A DNA stretch of 64,000 bases. Origin: Lama glama (Eukaryota). Below are positions 12,532-25,549 of this stretch, piece by piece; the stretch's first letter is position 1, and every line of letters starts with the position of its first letter. The stretch covers positions 86,864,001-86,928,000 of the forward strand of contig CM052816.1 of NCBI GenBank assembly GCA_028534125.1, in the 5' to 3' direction. The translations under genes were made by a program, and so were the position numbers. The notes below the pieces were generated by a model, which was given only the letters and a program-made list of their open reading frames with translations, did not search any database and was not told the origin of the DNA.

Positions 12532-13330
12532 TATCACAGATGTTATTTTTAAAAATAGTCACAGCTATCTAGTGGTTATCAGTGGGGAGAGGGAAGGTGG
12601 GGAGGAACAAGATGAAGGTAGGGGATTAAGAGTACAAACTATTATGTGCATAATAAATAAGCTATGAAGATATATGGTACAAAATAGGAAATATAGCCAA
12701 CATTTTATAATAAATGGAATATAACCCTTAAAATTGTGAATCACTATGTTGTACACCTGTAACTTATATAATATTATACATCGACTATACTTCAATTTAA
12801 AAATTCAAAAAATAGTCACAGATATATGCTTAGTTTCACATGTTCTTTTAGAAATTTTCCAATTTCACATCAAGAAGTGGAGTCTACAACCTTTCCTATT
12901 CAACCTGGAAGGCTTTTGACTACTTCATTCGAGAGGATATGATGGAAATGATGATGTGTGATTTTTGGTGTTAGGTTTTCTTATCTTGAGGGTACTTGCA
13001 ACTCGAGGGAAAACAATCTCTGTGTTTTGATGAAGCCCTAAATAGCCCATAGGTATTCATGGAGCGTCCACAGAAAGAAAACCTGAGAACTCGTGATTTC
13101 AGCCTACATCAATCATCAGACATGAAAGTGAATGATCCTTCGAATAATTCTAGTCTAAGACTTTGGGCCTTCTTGCTGAGACTCTTGGTATCACAGGGGA
13201 GAGATAAGCCACTCCCATTATGCATGATCCAAACTGATCTGATCCATTGAATTCATTACCATAATAAGCATTTGTTTTATGCTCTGAAGTTGTGAGTTAA
13301 GTAGCTATAGAGCAATAGGTAACCAGGACA
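12532..13330 (+). mobile_element. MaLR LTR (MLT1H-like), interrupted by an L1
   Basis: catcaagaagtggagtcta...atggaaatgatgatgtgtgattttt...cagacatgaaagtgaatga...gagagataagcca...ttgttttatgctctgaagttg...gcaataggtaaccaggaca. Confidence 0.8.
12565..12807 (+). mobile_element. 5'-truncated L1 3' end (cetartiodactyl/laurasiatherian type)
   Basis: gtggttatcagtggggagaggga...ggggattaagagtacaaactattatg...aattgtgaatcactatgttgtacacctgtaact...actatacttcaatt. 14-bp TSD aaaaatagtcacag at 12551-12564 and 12808-12821, at a TTTT/AAAA site. Confidence 0.92.
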
Positions 13331-13830
13331 GATGATAACTCCTTTCCTTTACAGTTGGTCTCTTGACACACAGGGCTAACAGTGTCAATGCAGCAAGTGT
13401 AGTTTAAAGTTCAATAGACCTCTCCTGTGGTTCCTGAAGTAAGCATTTCCATTCTGGGGACCATCACCTATAAATTTATAGAGTCTTGATTTGTGCGGAG
13501 GAATGCTCACATTTTAAATGGGTTACTTAGAGTTACAGTGAGTGATACCATTTGTTTCCCAGACCACACACATTCTATCTATTGGGGACAAAGTCTCATA
13601 AAGTGACTTATACTGGGGTGGAGTCCCATTCTCAAAGAACATCATCTCCAAGTTGTTGCGTAACTATGGATTCAAAAGTCACTCTATCATTCTGTAAGAC
13701 TGGCAGCTTCTGTGTGGTGTGATGTATGATGTGAGCAATGGGTATCTTGGTTATATGCCTGCTACTCATACTGCTTTGCTGTAAGATAAGTTATTTGAAT
13801 GTGATATTTTGTGAAATATGCTTCCATAAT
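13331..13830 (-). pseudogene. Decayed ERVL-class pol integrase region
   Basis: My manual minus-strand translation of about 13788-13681 gives YLTAKQYE*QAYNQDTHCSHHTSHHTEAASLTE**. This aligns to the ERVL integrase motif HFTAKEV..WAHAHGIHWSYHVPHHPEAAGLIERWN (recalled). Multiple stops. Confidence 0.8.
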
Positions 13831-16220
13831 CTAAAGAAAGTTACTAGGTGTTGTGTGTTAGTGGCAGTAGGTGCAAAATGGAATGACAATTTCCTTTCCT
13901 TTGGAGAGGCTATCATTTTATGGCTAGTTCTGTAGACCACTAATCACTTTAGTGATATGTTGGCACCTCAATCATTGCTGTGTTTTGCTGTGATTATCTT
14001 CAGCTATCAATATTTTTTAATAAGATCCCCAATGTATTATTCATCTGGGTCCCCTTTTCCATCCTGCCAATAGTAATGTGGATGCTGGCTTGAAAGAGAG
14101 GTCTGGAACACCTTTCAGATTTTGTATATTGGATTGTGGAGGCTGAAGAGGCATAATTTTGTCTGGAGAGAAATAAATCAATTTTTTAACATAATTCATT
14201 ATTGAGAGGTAACATGGATTAATTTTAAAATTTGTCTTTTGGTTTCCTTTGTTTTTCAAATTGCGTGTTTTACAGTATGTAACTTACAATAAGAAAAATA
14301 GCTCATGGTACAAAAAATTTAAAAATGATGTATAAAATCAAATTCATTCTTATGACCTCTAATTATACATAGAAATCCTTTGGGGGTAACTCTCCTTGGG
14401 GTTAATACAGAGGTATTGTAATCACTGTCAGAATATTATTACAATATGGTACTCTACGGCTTTTGTGAACCTAGAGTCATAAGCCTCATTGGGTATTGCA
14501 AACATAGTGACAACTATATTTGCCTTACAAGCACTATAATGTTAATTTTCTCATTAAACACGGTGAACAGGCCTATCAGTGAGATGTTATTTTCTTAAAG
14601 ATCCTTTTGTTGTTTTAGTTTAGTTAGAAAAAATTAAGTGGAATTCACTTGACTTGAGCAAATAAGGCTTTTAGAAAATTACTCAAGTTAAATGCTCTCT
14701 GAGGTCGGTAATGATAACATGGAGTGGCACAGCAGGGAGCACTGACCATGACATAAAAAAATGAAGGGAACCATTATCAATTAAAAAACAGTTTTCAATT
14801 ATTTTAAAATATTTATGAAATACTCCCAAAGAAATATGGTAATCAGAAAAGTGGAAACCACTGATTACACTTCAGTTAGCCGTGAATTTGCAGCATATGG
14901 AGCAATTAAATTTTTATGGTACAAGGAAACCTTATCGAAGGTGCTTTCCAAAGTCAGTGTTGAGTCACGCATGAAGTTAAAGAAACATGAAGGTCTTTAA
15001 CAATACAAGAACTTTATAAATCCACTGAAATGTGATTCTTTTTTTTTTAAAGGCACAATTTAATTTCCTTTTATAAATGCCTTGCAAATCATTTTTAACT
15101 CATAAAATTTATAGATTCTAAAAAAAGACTAGTGATTAAGTTTCTGAAAAAAATTAACAATTCAAATAAGTAAAAGTTTTAACTTATTTGAGACCTTCTC
15201 AAGCCACACTATTTTCCTTTTATATGTCAATTCATTCTATATTCTTTAATTTCTCAGAAATAGCATCATATACAAATCCAAACAGGTGCAATCAGGTGGA
15301 AAAAATATGAACTACTATAATGTTATTTAGCTCCCAACTGGGACATTTGATGGCTAAGAAGAGTATGCCCTGAAAAATCATTCCTTTATTACATTTGTTT
15401 TAATTGGTTTATTTTTTCAGTTTCCCAAGAATTTCAATATAAGAAATGTTTTGAAACTAAACAGTATGGCTGATGGCATTATAAATATAGTCAGTTCTAT
15501 TAAATGATTTCCTCAAATAATTATTCATATTAACTGAATTTTAGAAACAGCATAAACTAGAATACTACATTGAACTTTTAATATTACCGTTACATTCAAG
15601 AGAAAAGAAAATGCATATTATTTCTCCTGAAGCATTAATATCATTGCAATATAAGGACACTTGATCAATAATTTTAATTAAAATGGAGAATCACTAACAC
15701 CATTTTTAGGAGTAATTTAAATTATATGGAGATGGTCTTTTAAAGAAAGAAATACTTTTCTAACCTTGGGAAAGTCCACTAAGTTTTTAGACAATTAGGT
15801 GAAAATAGACAATTTATTAAATCCCCTTTGGAGTTTCACACATAATGTTTCAATTATGAATTTATTCATGAATTAAAAAAACTTAACACACTTTCCTCCA
15901 CATACACCCAAAAATATCCACTTACATTTTCTTTTTTTTTCTTATGCTCTGTATTATGGAAACTAATGTTTAAAAAGACTCCAAAATATTTAAGGGAAAA
16001 GAAAAGCATAAACATTTTCAAAGCATCATTTTCAAGGGGAAATCAAGTAATAAAAATGCTTCTTATAAACAGACAATATATTGACAAACATAATATTTTT
16101 TAAAAGTGAATTTGAATAATTAGAAAAAATACATAAAATGAATATATAACTATATAATAGTATTATCTAATATGTAATGTGTTATATATAAATGACATAT
16201 ATTACTATATAATCAATATT

Positions 16221-16393
16221 ATGAGGGAATGTAATTCGACATAATAAAAGCTATTTATTACAAACACACACCAACATAAAGCTCAATAGGGAAAAGTTGA
16301 AAGCGTTCCCACTAAAATCTAGAACAAGACAGAGATGCCACTCACCACTTATATTGAACATAGTACTGGAAGTCCTAGCCATAGCAATCAGAC
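16221..16393 (+). mobile_element. Isolated L1 ORF2 reverse-transcriptase fragment
   Basis: The frame of ORF 16297..16500 reads [32 protein letters not shown], matching L1 ORF2 RT [33 protein letters not shown]. Confidence 0.92.
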
Positions 16394-16394
16394 T

Positions 16395-18990
16395 TTTAAA
16401 TATTATAGTTTCTCAGGAAGTTACAAAGGTAGAACAGAGAGTACCTTTAATCAAGTTTCCTCCAATAATTACATTTTATATAGACATTTATCTTAGATAA
16501 AATACAAAATTTCAAAATGGGAATTTATTATTTGTGTACATATAGATCTATGTCATTTTATTACATGTATAGATTCTTTAGCCACCACTGCAATCAAGAT
16601 ACAGACCTATTCAATCACCACAATGATAATCTTTCTCCTCTTTTAGAGTCACCCCACCCCACCCCTAAATCACGGTGACCACTAATCTCTTTTTCACATG
16701 TACAACTTTGTCACTTTGAGAATGTTGCATAAATTGAGTCACATAGCATGTAACCTTTTGAGATTTCTTTTTCACCCAACATAATGCCCTCGGAATTTAT
16801 CTAAGTTGATGCCTATATTAACATTTCTTTTTTACTGCTGAGTGGTATTCCATGTTACAATGTACCATAGTTTTCTTAACTATTCACAAATTTCAGGGTG
16901 TTTTTGTTGTTTGTAGATTGTGGTTACTACAAATAAAGCTGCTATGGACATTAATATACAGTTCTGATGAAAACAAATTTTTTCATTTCTCTGTGATAAA
17001 TGCTCAGAAGTCCACATGCTAAACCATATGGTAAGTGTATGTTTAATATACTTAGTTTTGTTTGTTCTTTTTAAGAAACTGTAAAAGCATTTTCTAAGGT
17101 AATGGTATAATTTTACATTTTCACCCACACTACATGAGATAGTCAACCTTTCTGCATCCTCATACATCAAAATTGTTTATCAGTTTGGAAGTAATAAACA
17201 TCTTTGTTATGTTCACCCATTCCATCAACATGGCATATTTCTCCATTTATTTAGATCATCTTTAATTTTTCCCTCTTTGTTTTACTCATTTTGCACTCCT
17301 CTGCTTTCACTTTCCTGCCTTCCTGTAGGTTACATTGTTTAGTATTCCATTTTTATTTACTTGTAGCTTTTGGACAGTCTTTTAAGAGGTTGTTCTAGGC
17401 ATTGCATTGTATATGAATAATTTATCATATTTTACAGGTAACAGCATTTTAGTTTAAATGAAGTGTAAAAACTTCACCTTATGTTAAGTCCCTTCATTTT
17501 TTCCCATTCATAATACAATTGTCTTAAATATATTCTCTATAGACATTGAGTCACAGTAGACAGTGCTATAATATTTGATTTAATCATCAAAGATAATTTA
17601 AAAACTCAAGAGGAAAAATAAAGTATTAGTTTTTACATTTTTACTTTATTTTTATTTATTTCTAATATTCCAATATGACTTCTTTTATCATTTCCTTTCC
17701 CTTTAGAAACTGGTGACTATCTATTAGTTTTCCTTCATCTCAGAATGTCTCAATTTCCTCTTCATTCCTGAAGAATATTTTCACTGGATATAGAATTATG
17801 AGGTGGCAGTTCTTTACTTTCAGCACTTGAAATATGTTATGTCATTTTCTTATGGTCTCCAAAGTTTCTAATAAGATATGCATTATTTAAATTATCTTTC
17901 CTTTATAGATAAAGCATCATTTCTATCTCACTGTTTTCATGATATTTTGTTTGTCTTTAGTCTTTCCAAGTTTGACTATAATGTGTCTTGTCATGATTTT
18001 TTTTTGGTTTATCCTGTTTGGATTTTCTCAGCTTCTTGAATTCTGCAAAATTCATTTGTCTTTTGCCAAATTTGGAAAAATTTCAAACATTTCTTAAAGT
18101 TCTTTTTTAGCCTTGCTCTCGTATCCTTCCAAGATTTCAATGACACAAACGTTACACTTCCACATTCCCAGAGGCTCTGCTCTTTTTTCCTTTTCTTTCT
18201 TTTTATTTTTTTCAGTATATTTTCCTTTAATATTGAGGTAGGAGTTTCTGTATTTTTTGTCCTAAAGTCCGTGATTCTTTTTACTATGTCTTTTCAATTC
18301 TGTTATTGGACCTATCTATTGAGATTCTTATTCTGGTTATTGTATTTTTTAGTTCTAAAATTTCCGTTTGCTTCTTTATATCTTCTTTGTCTTTGCTGAG
18401 ACTCCTCTTTCACTCTGAGTCTCTGGATCATTTCATTTACCTCAAACATGTTCATAATTGCTCACTGCAGCATTTTAGGATGGGTGTTTTAAAACCCTTG
18501 CCAGATAATTCTAACATCTATATCATCTCAGGGTTGTCATTGGTTGAATGTTTTTTCTCATTCAATTTTAGATTTTCCTGCTTCTAGGTATGATAAATTA
18601 TTTTTATTGAAACCTGGACGTTTTTGATATTATAAGAAAACTGGATCTTCTTTGGTGAAGACAGATGATGAGGAATACGGCCTTTTTACTGCTAGGTGAG
18701 GGCAGAAATCTAGATTCTCCCCTCAGCCTCCACTGACATGGAAGAGGAAGGGGCTCCTTCTTACCGGTGAGTGAATATGAGAGTTCAGACTTCTCACTAA
18801 ATCTCCATTGATAAAAAACTGGATGGAAAGCGAAAGATGCCTGCTAAGGCTACCCTTGAATGATGGTAAAAGTCTTGGTTCTTCTTTTGTCTTCCTCTAG
18901 TATCACCCAAGGAGGAAGGGGATGGTGCCTCCTTATCACTAGGCAAGGTGTAAGTCCAGGTCCCACAGACTGTCTTCCCTGATATGGGGA
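16395..18990 (-). mobile_element. Internally deleted L1MC/L1MD-like element(s): 3' UTR, short ORF2 piece, ORF1/5' region
   Basis: 3' UTR antisense (ccaccactgcaatcaagatacaga, ttactacaaataaagctgctatggacatt). ORF2 piece catggcatatttctccatttatttagatcatc. ORF1 antisense (cttcattcctgaagaatattttcactggatatagaatt, tttttagttctaaaatttccgtttg). Internal junctions approximate. Confidence 0.8.
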
Positions 18991-19329
18991 GAAAGTTTCT
19001 TACTAACTGGTAGGAATGATTAAAGTCTTACAATCTAGTCTACATTGGAAAATAAGTGATGAACATAAAGGCTATTTTCCCTCTGTCATGAAGCCTAGGG
19101 ATGGTAAGACAAATTCTTAAATATTATATGTGACTTCCATAAGATAATTTCTTGATAAGGACAATATAGGTCATTTAAGTAATATTTTTAATTTTAACTC
19201 AAGCCTAAAACTTTAATACAAACTAGAGCTTTTGGTTTATTTGTTTGTTTGCATTTTCAACTCTTCTAGTGCTATAATAACTTTTAATTATATTTTTTTT
19301 TCTTATTGTCTATGATATCCACAGATATG

Positions 19330-19448
19330 TAATGCTAGAAGGAATATTAGAGAGTTTTCGTTTTAAATAACCCCTTGGATTACACAACTGAGGAAAATTA
19401 AATCCTTAGACATGAAGTGCTTAGACCTGGCTAACATAGCTACTAATT
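19330..19448 (-). mobile_element. MIR SINE fragment
   Basis: gctagaaggaatattagag...ttacacaactgaggaaaattaaatcctt...aagtgcttagacctggctaacatagctactaat, MIR core antisense. Confidence 0.6.
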
Positions 19449-20667
19449 ATACATTTGTAATGTAATGAAGATACCCACAGTGAAATTTAATTTCCTTCAC
19501 ACTGATTTTGTTGACAGAAACCCAACCAGTATACTTAATATACAAATTCTATTCTCCATAATACGTTTGCTGTAATCACATAACAAATGCTTCCTTTCCT
19601 TTGGTTATTTATCATATAACTTGTGCATATGTATAACAGCGAAATTTGTAAATTTTGAATCTTAACCTGTTTACAATAGAAACAGTTCCAAAAGTGACAT
19701 TCTTCTGATGTGTTTTACATTATGTGAAATCAAGTTATAAAATGCAGCTTTGTTTCATTAATAATTTTGCAAATGGCATTTTCCAGGAGAGTGAGTATAA
19801 AATTCTGGATGACTGGTGCCATAAACGTAAAAAAAAAAAATCCAGTTGTTTCATGAAACTCCGTAAAATTGGTAATAACATCCATTCAAATGGTCTGTAT
19901 TATGTAACGTGAGGTAGCTTAATCTTACCCATATTTTTTTTAATTTCAAGTGATTCTAACAAAGTAATTAAATAAATTTTTACACGTATATAGAATTCCT
20001 CTCATCTTATTATTTTGCACTGCAATACTCTAGGTATATTACTTTAAGATATTTTATCCTGCTTTTTAAAAATGTTAACTGAATTATTTGGGATACTTTC
20101 TCTGTATCACCTTCTATTCTAATATGCTGAAAAAGATCATCTCCAAATCTATGATTTTCTTTTTCAGGAAAAAAAAAGTTACTGTAGTTTATTTTTATAA
20201 AGCTTTTCTTATATTGGTTTTCTTAATTTCAAACAATAAGCAAATATAAATTATAGACAATATGGGATAAAATATACTTCAGAATTTACATTTTCTTAGA
20301 ATCATATTCTCATCTTAAATCTCATTCCATTCTTTGAGTAATCACCTTTATACAGTTAAGAGTGTTTATAAAGCAAAATAAAAATGTGAAAAGGGCCATA
20401 TGGGATATTTTGCCAAGGATTACTCTCCTAACACCGTAGAAGCAAAATGGCTAAATAATAATTTCACAAATTTTAGTTTAAAGTAGTTAAGAATCAATTA
20501 ATAGATGAAGTAAAAATGAAGACAACTTTAAATTTTGGAAGTCAATGTGAAAGAAACTATGACAAGTTATTCTATATAATTTATCAGAAATAGCATACCT
20601 ATATAGAGAATTTTGTAAGAACAAAAACAAATAATATAGAGTTAACTGACAATACTACAGAGCTATG

Positions 20668-20862
20668 CTGTCCTATAGATAACAGTGGTTATAATCCACA
20701 AAAGTCTATTTAAATGTACTTAAACTTAAGTAAAATTAAAAATATACTTTTTCAGTGACATTAGCTACATTCTAAGTGCCCAACTGCCACATGTGGCCAG
20801 AAACCATGGTATGGGACAGTGCAGATACAGACATTTTCCTCACGGCAGTACTTTCAACTAGT
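20668..20862. mobile_element. MER3/MER33-like hAT-Charlie DNA transposon remnant
   Basis: tgctgtcctataga...tcagtgacattagctacattctaagtgcccaactgccacatgtggccag...gtatgggacagtgcagatacagacattttcctcacggcag. Confidence 0.8.
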
Positions 20863-21170
20863 AGAGAGAATTACAGAATTGCAAATGAATATGATTTTCT
20901 TAATATTAAAAGTTCATTATCCTAAAGTTTCTGAAATACGAAAATATGTAATCAGAATTAAAATGAGGTGAATTAGAAAGGACAAGGATTCAGTGGTTGG
21001 ATGCCGATTTATAAAATTACCTGTACCATATATACAATTTAGTCAACATTCTCCTTCCATATGGAGTTTTGCTGATAAAAATTGCATTAGCATTTTTATA
21101 TGTGAAAGTTAAAAGATCATTCAGTTAGATGCATCTCACTCTAATCAACTTTCCAGTGAGTTGACTCTCG

Positions 21171-21186
21171 CACAGTAGATGGCAGG
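21171..21186 (+). promoter_or_regulatory. Candidate CTCF binding motif
   Basis: cacagtagatggcagg resembles the CTCF core CCAGYAGRKGGCRS. Motif match only, in apparently non-repeat sequence. Confidence 0.35.
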
Positions 21187-22814
21187 CCTTGCCTGCCAGT
21201 GGGTAAAAGAAAGCCCATCTCAATGTTAGTTACTCTTGAAACCTGACTGGCAACTACAGTTCTAGGTTGGTAACATCAAGTTTGCTTGTAATTAGTTATG
21301 ATTATTAGGTACTGATTTAAAGTGTCTTTGTTCTATGAACTTTTGGGACAGATTCAGAATATGCAGAAATATAGAATATTAAACATGAATTCAGAGATTT
21401 TGTATTACAAACATAATTCATACTATTTTATTTGGAAATGTTATTTGTCAATTAATTCTTTAATTTGGTGACATACTGATACCCTCAAATTTCAGATCTT
21501 AACACTATTAAACAGATAGAAGAAGCTAAACATAGTGAAACACAGGTTTATCAGTTAGTTTAAACACTTCTTAGAAAAAAAATGTGAAAAGAGAAGTGGG
21601 TTTAGAGGATCATAAAGAAGGACATTATAATACACACTGAATCACTCATAGTAGAAGGCACCGATCCCCCTCTCAGGTAGATGAGTACAGTCTTGGAAAT
21701 GCTGACCTAAGAGTGGCCTAAACTTAGGGAATTTTCGTCATTACCTCCTTGAAACAAAATGAAAAATTTGATGACAAAATTCTGTAAGAGTAATGAATTC
21801 ACTCTTAGCCTCCAATCAAGTAAAAGGATAGAGGGTTCAGGAACCCCTGCTTTTTTTGACTTATTAGCATAGTGTTCTCGTCACGTCATGATTTCCATTT
21901 TTGTTTAAATCATGCTGAAAATCTCACTGTTTCACCAGGAAAGCAAAGTAAATTGCTACAGAATTCAATTTGGGAGTCTGTGAAGCAATTAAACACTAAA
22001 ACAGACAAGCAGTAGGGGACTCTTTCAGCTCAGGAAAATAAATTAGGAATGATGTTAACACAGTTAACTTAAAGAGAAGTTTTAATGACTAGACTCAGAT
22101 GGAGTTTGTGGAGCCCCAGAAAACCTCAGAATGAATGTATTCTAGAATTGTACTTAAAATGTAATTAGATCTCAGTAAGAATACTAGGAACAAATGTGTT
22201 CTATTTAAGAAGACTGTAATTTTTTATTACAGAATCTCTTGTGGCATAATGTAATCCAGATTAGGTGCATAATAAAGGTTGTATGTGTTTCATATGTAAT
22301 TTAGCCAAGACTCAAATTATAAACATGAAGCAATGTCTTAAATATTTTATGTGTGTATTTCTTAACAGCCTTTATTTTTAATTAAGCAAACATATATTGA
22401 ATGTTTATCACATAGTTCTACCTAATCTTTAGGAAAACAAAAAAGATTCCTGCCATTGACGAACAGAGTCCATTTGGGGAGATGGTCACTTCTGTCATGG
22501 GACGGTGGAGCAAATACTATAATCTAGGCATGAAGATAATTTTCCTGAAACATTGATGAAACTACCAAAAACTGGTTTTTAACCAAGCATGATCTTTATC
22601 TTTTAGCTTTATATTTGATAATGTTTCCTCCAACTAGCAAGCCAAAATTCCATTACTCAGACTAGATCTTGCACATGAAGTCTTGTAACTGAAAAGCACG
22701 ATTCCTCCAGCCTTGCCTCCAACAAAGTTATTATTAAATAGTCATAGTCTGTAAAAACATCTTTCTAAAATGATTAACTTAAAAAAACACTTAAATGATT
22801 TCCTACAGGTTTAC

Positions 22815-22990
22815 AAGATCACTTTCAAAACTGGACTAGTCACCAGAGTCATGTGTTTTTTTTTCTTAAAAATATCTTTTCCCAGACCCAGAAATACAGA
22901 ATCCAAATCTCTAAGAAGTAGCCTTGTGATCTTTACACTCAACAAATGCTGTACTTAAGAATTATGATTTCCTAGTTTTGAGAAGCTTTG
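22815..22990. mobile_element. MER5-like DNA transposon remnant
   Basis: ttcttaaaaatatcttttcccagacccagaaatacagaatccaaatctcta...gatcttta...gttttgagaagctttgg resembles MER5A/B. Confidence 0.5.
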
Positions 22991-22994
22991 GTTA

Positions 22995-23732
22995 TTCCAG
23001 TTGTTGCCCAGTCAGAAACAAAGATGACAGTAGGCTTTAAAAAAAAAAAAAAGAGGAAGAAGAATATTTAAGATAAGGAGTTAGATATAAGATTTTACCT
23101 ATATAAACATAAAAAGAAAACTCTAAAATAACATTTAATTATCAACTGCAAGAAGTAGCTACTTACTCTAGTGCTAAGGGAATAGGACAAAAGTTTCAAT
23201 AATTCAAGCTTAGAAATTTCTAGAAGGGGTCTCTGAAGCCGAAATTCAGAACTCTGAAGCATAAGTGATACTTGGCTGGTGCCAGTAACTCAGAGCTCAA
23301 AGGAAGTCCCCCCACACCCAACCCCGACCTCTGCCAATGCCTCTGAGAAGGGGTACTAGCTGGCTGGTGTGTATATATCTCTGAGGTTGAGCACAGCAAA
23401 GCTGGTTTTGCACACTGTAAAAAATGAAAACTTGATTCACGAACTTTTATAGAAATGATCTGCTGATCCTGAGATAAAGAAGCATCTCTGGGCTGTTATC
23501 ACTGAATGAGGAAGCCCACAAGAAACCCATAGGAAGTACATAGAAGATGCAATCCTCATCTTTCTTTTCCAACCTTACAGTCTCAGGCTAGGACTCTATG
23601 TTGGCACAGCCTTGCATAAATCCAGTAGGAAAAGAAGAACTGTGGTCTGCAGAATCACAATATCAGCAAACTCCAGGAGAGTCTGGAAGGGTGAGCTTAA
23701 AGCTGAGAAACAATTGCTTAAAAACTGGCACA
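22995..23732 (-). mobile_element. Ancient LTR (LTR78/LTR79-like)
   Basis: Terminal gaagggtgagcttaaagctgagaaacaattgcttaaaaactggcaca and internal repeated ggctggtg motifs resemble old eutherian LTR78-type elements. Family call is tentative. Confidence 0.5.
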
Positions 23733-24249
23733 TCAATCTATCCAATAAAATTAAAAGGTGCATTAGAATCACAAAAACCTACATGATTTGCACATGACCC
23801 GTCCATTGGCAGTCCTTTTCATGTAGATCCTATCAATCCCTCATCTGTATATCATCTATTCTAAATGATTTAACTATTTACATATTTACACATGCAATTA
23901 AATATGAAAGACCATTTCAAACTATACTATCTTGTTTTCTCCTTGCTTTAGCTGCATGCAGTGAACTTTCTCCTTTTACAGGCCTAAATAATGGTAATGA
24001 ACTTACCGTTTTCTAGGGTTCTATTCAATTTCAACTCCCCATGAACGCTATTTTGACCCACACTTTGCAACCGCATTAAAATACACAATATGCGTGTATA
24101 TAATGCAACATAAATATGTATATATGTAAATAGATTCAAATAGAAATGAAAGATTTTATATATATGCATGTATACTTGTATAATATTTCACACTTTTAGT
24201 ATTTTGCATGTTATTGCAAGATTGCAACCTGTGCACCCACTCCATTGCC

Positions 24250-24360
24250 ATTAAACTATAAAGTTTCTGAGAATGAGTCATGTTGTCTCTTTTATCCCAA
24301 GGCCTAGAAAAATGCCTGACATGTGGCAACTAATGAAGTTATATTTTTCAATGAAAGAAT
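24250..24360 (+). mobile_element. L2 3' end
   Basis: taaactataaagtttctgaga...ttatcccaaggcctagaaaaatgcctgacatgtggcaactaatgaagttatatttttcaatgaaagaat. Confidence 0.7.
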
Positions 24361-25549
24361 TAAGATATGTAAAATAATCCAACACTGAAGAATCTAAACA
24401 ATTAAATAGGTCTTAGAAAATGATGAATATTTTACAAGTAGTATTTCTGTAGGAAGAATGCCAAGAGCAAAGGCAGTCATAAACAGACATGACTCAATCA
24501 AAGACAGATAGATTAGGTGTAAAATATCTCATACAAAATCTATGTTTCTAATCGTAAACATAAATCTATGTAAAAAGTCAAATTAGCTGTGAAGTAAGCA
24601 GACTAAAAATCCATGGTAACACAAAAACAACAAAAAGCATTACTTTAATTTGGGAATTTGAAATACAGAAATAAACATTTGTAATGAAATATTTTATATA
24701 TATCTTCCTCATTAATCTAGGCTAACCCTTATAGGACATATTGAGTACGTAAGACAGTGTGTACAATGTAAAATATGTTAGGTTTAATATGAAAAGGAAA
24801 AACAATTCTAGATAAAATAAATATTTTTGTTTAAACTGAGGTTTGAATAATTACTTTTATGGAGATTATAGTTCATTTAACTTTATTAATACAACTCCCT
24901 AATGTGTAAAAAACAAGTCAGGAAATTTTTTTCCCATGATAAGGTGAAAAAATATTTAACAGTTATAATACTATAATTCCTCAATGGATTTTTGCATACT
25001 TTTTTCATGTAATCTTTACAATTAATCTTAAGTGGTACTTGTTAGGAATTTTATTTCCAGAATTCTGTGGCTTAGAACAGTCAGAAAATTTGCCAAAGCA
25101 AGGAATTACTTAAAGTGGCAAAGCACACATTCATTAAGCCCCATGCACTCTCTGCTGAAGCACATTCTTATTATCAGGGAAGCAACTTGTTTTAATCACA
25201 AAGCCACACTCCACAGTTCTTTAGGACAATGAAACTCTAAGTCAGTGCAAATGGTGACACAGAGACAATTCATGGTGAGAAAAGCTTCCTTTCTCTATTT
25301 TCTCCAAAGCCATACATACAATGATACTGAAGAAGAACTTGTTCTGAAAACATGGAAAGGGATCCAGAAAATATTTTCCTAAAGCTCAATTCAAGCATGA
25401 AACTCAAGAGAACCCATATTTAGAGATCCTCAGAAATCTTGTGATTCTCTAAAGTGAAATCACTGGAAGTAGTTAAAAGTTGTAAAACCATTTGAGTTGT
25501 TATTCTCATCAAATTATACTTTTTACTTGAGCAGAATTTATCCAAATGC

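Noticed and set aside
16297..16500. 67-aa ORF with RT-like sequence as a functional CDS
   Set aside because: Only about 32 residues are L1 RT, and the GCPLSP motif is damaged. The rest reads into an unrelated antisense L1.
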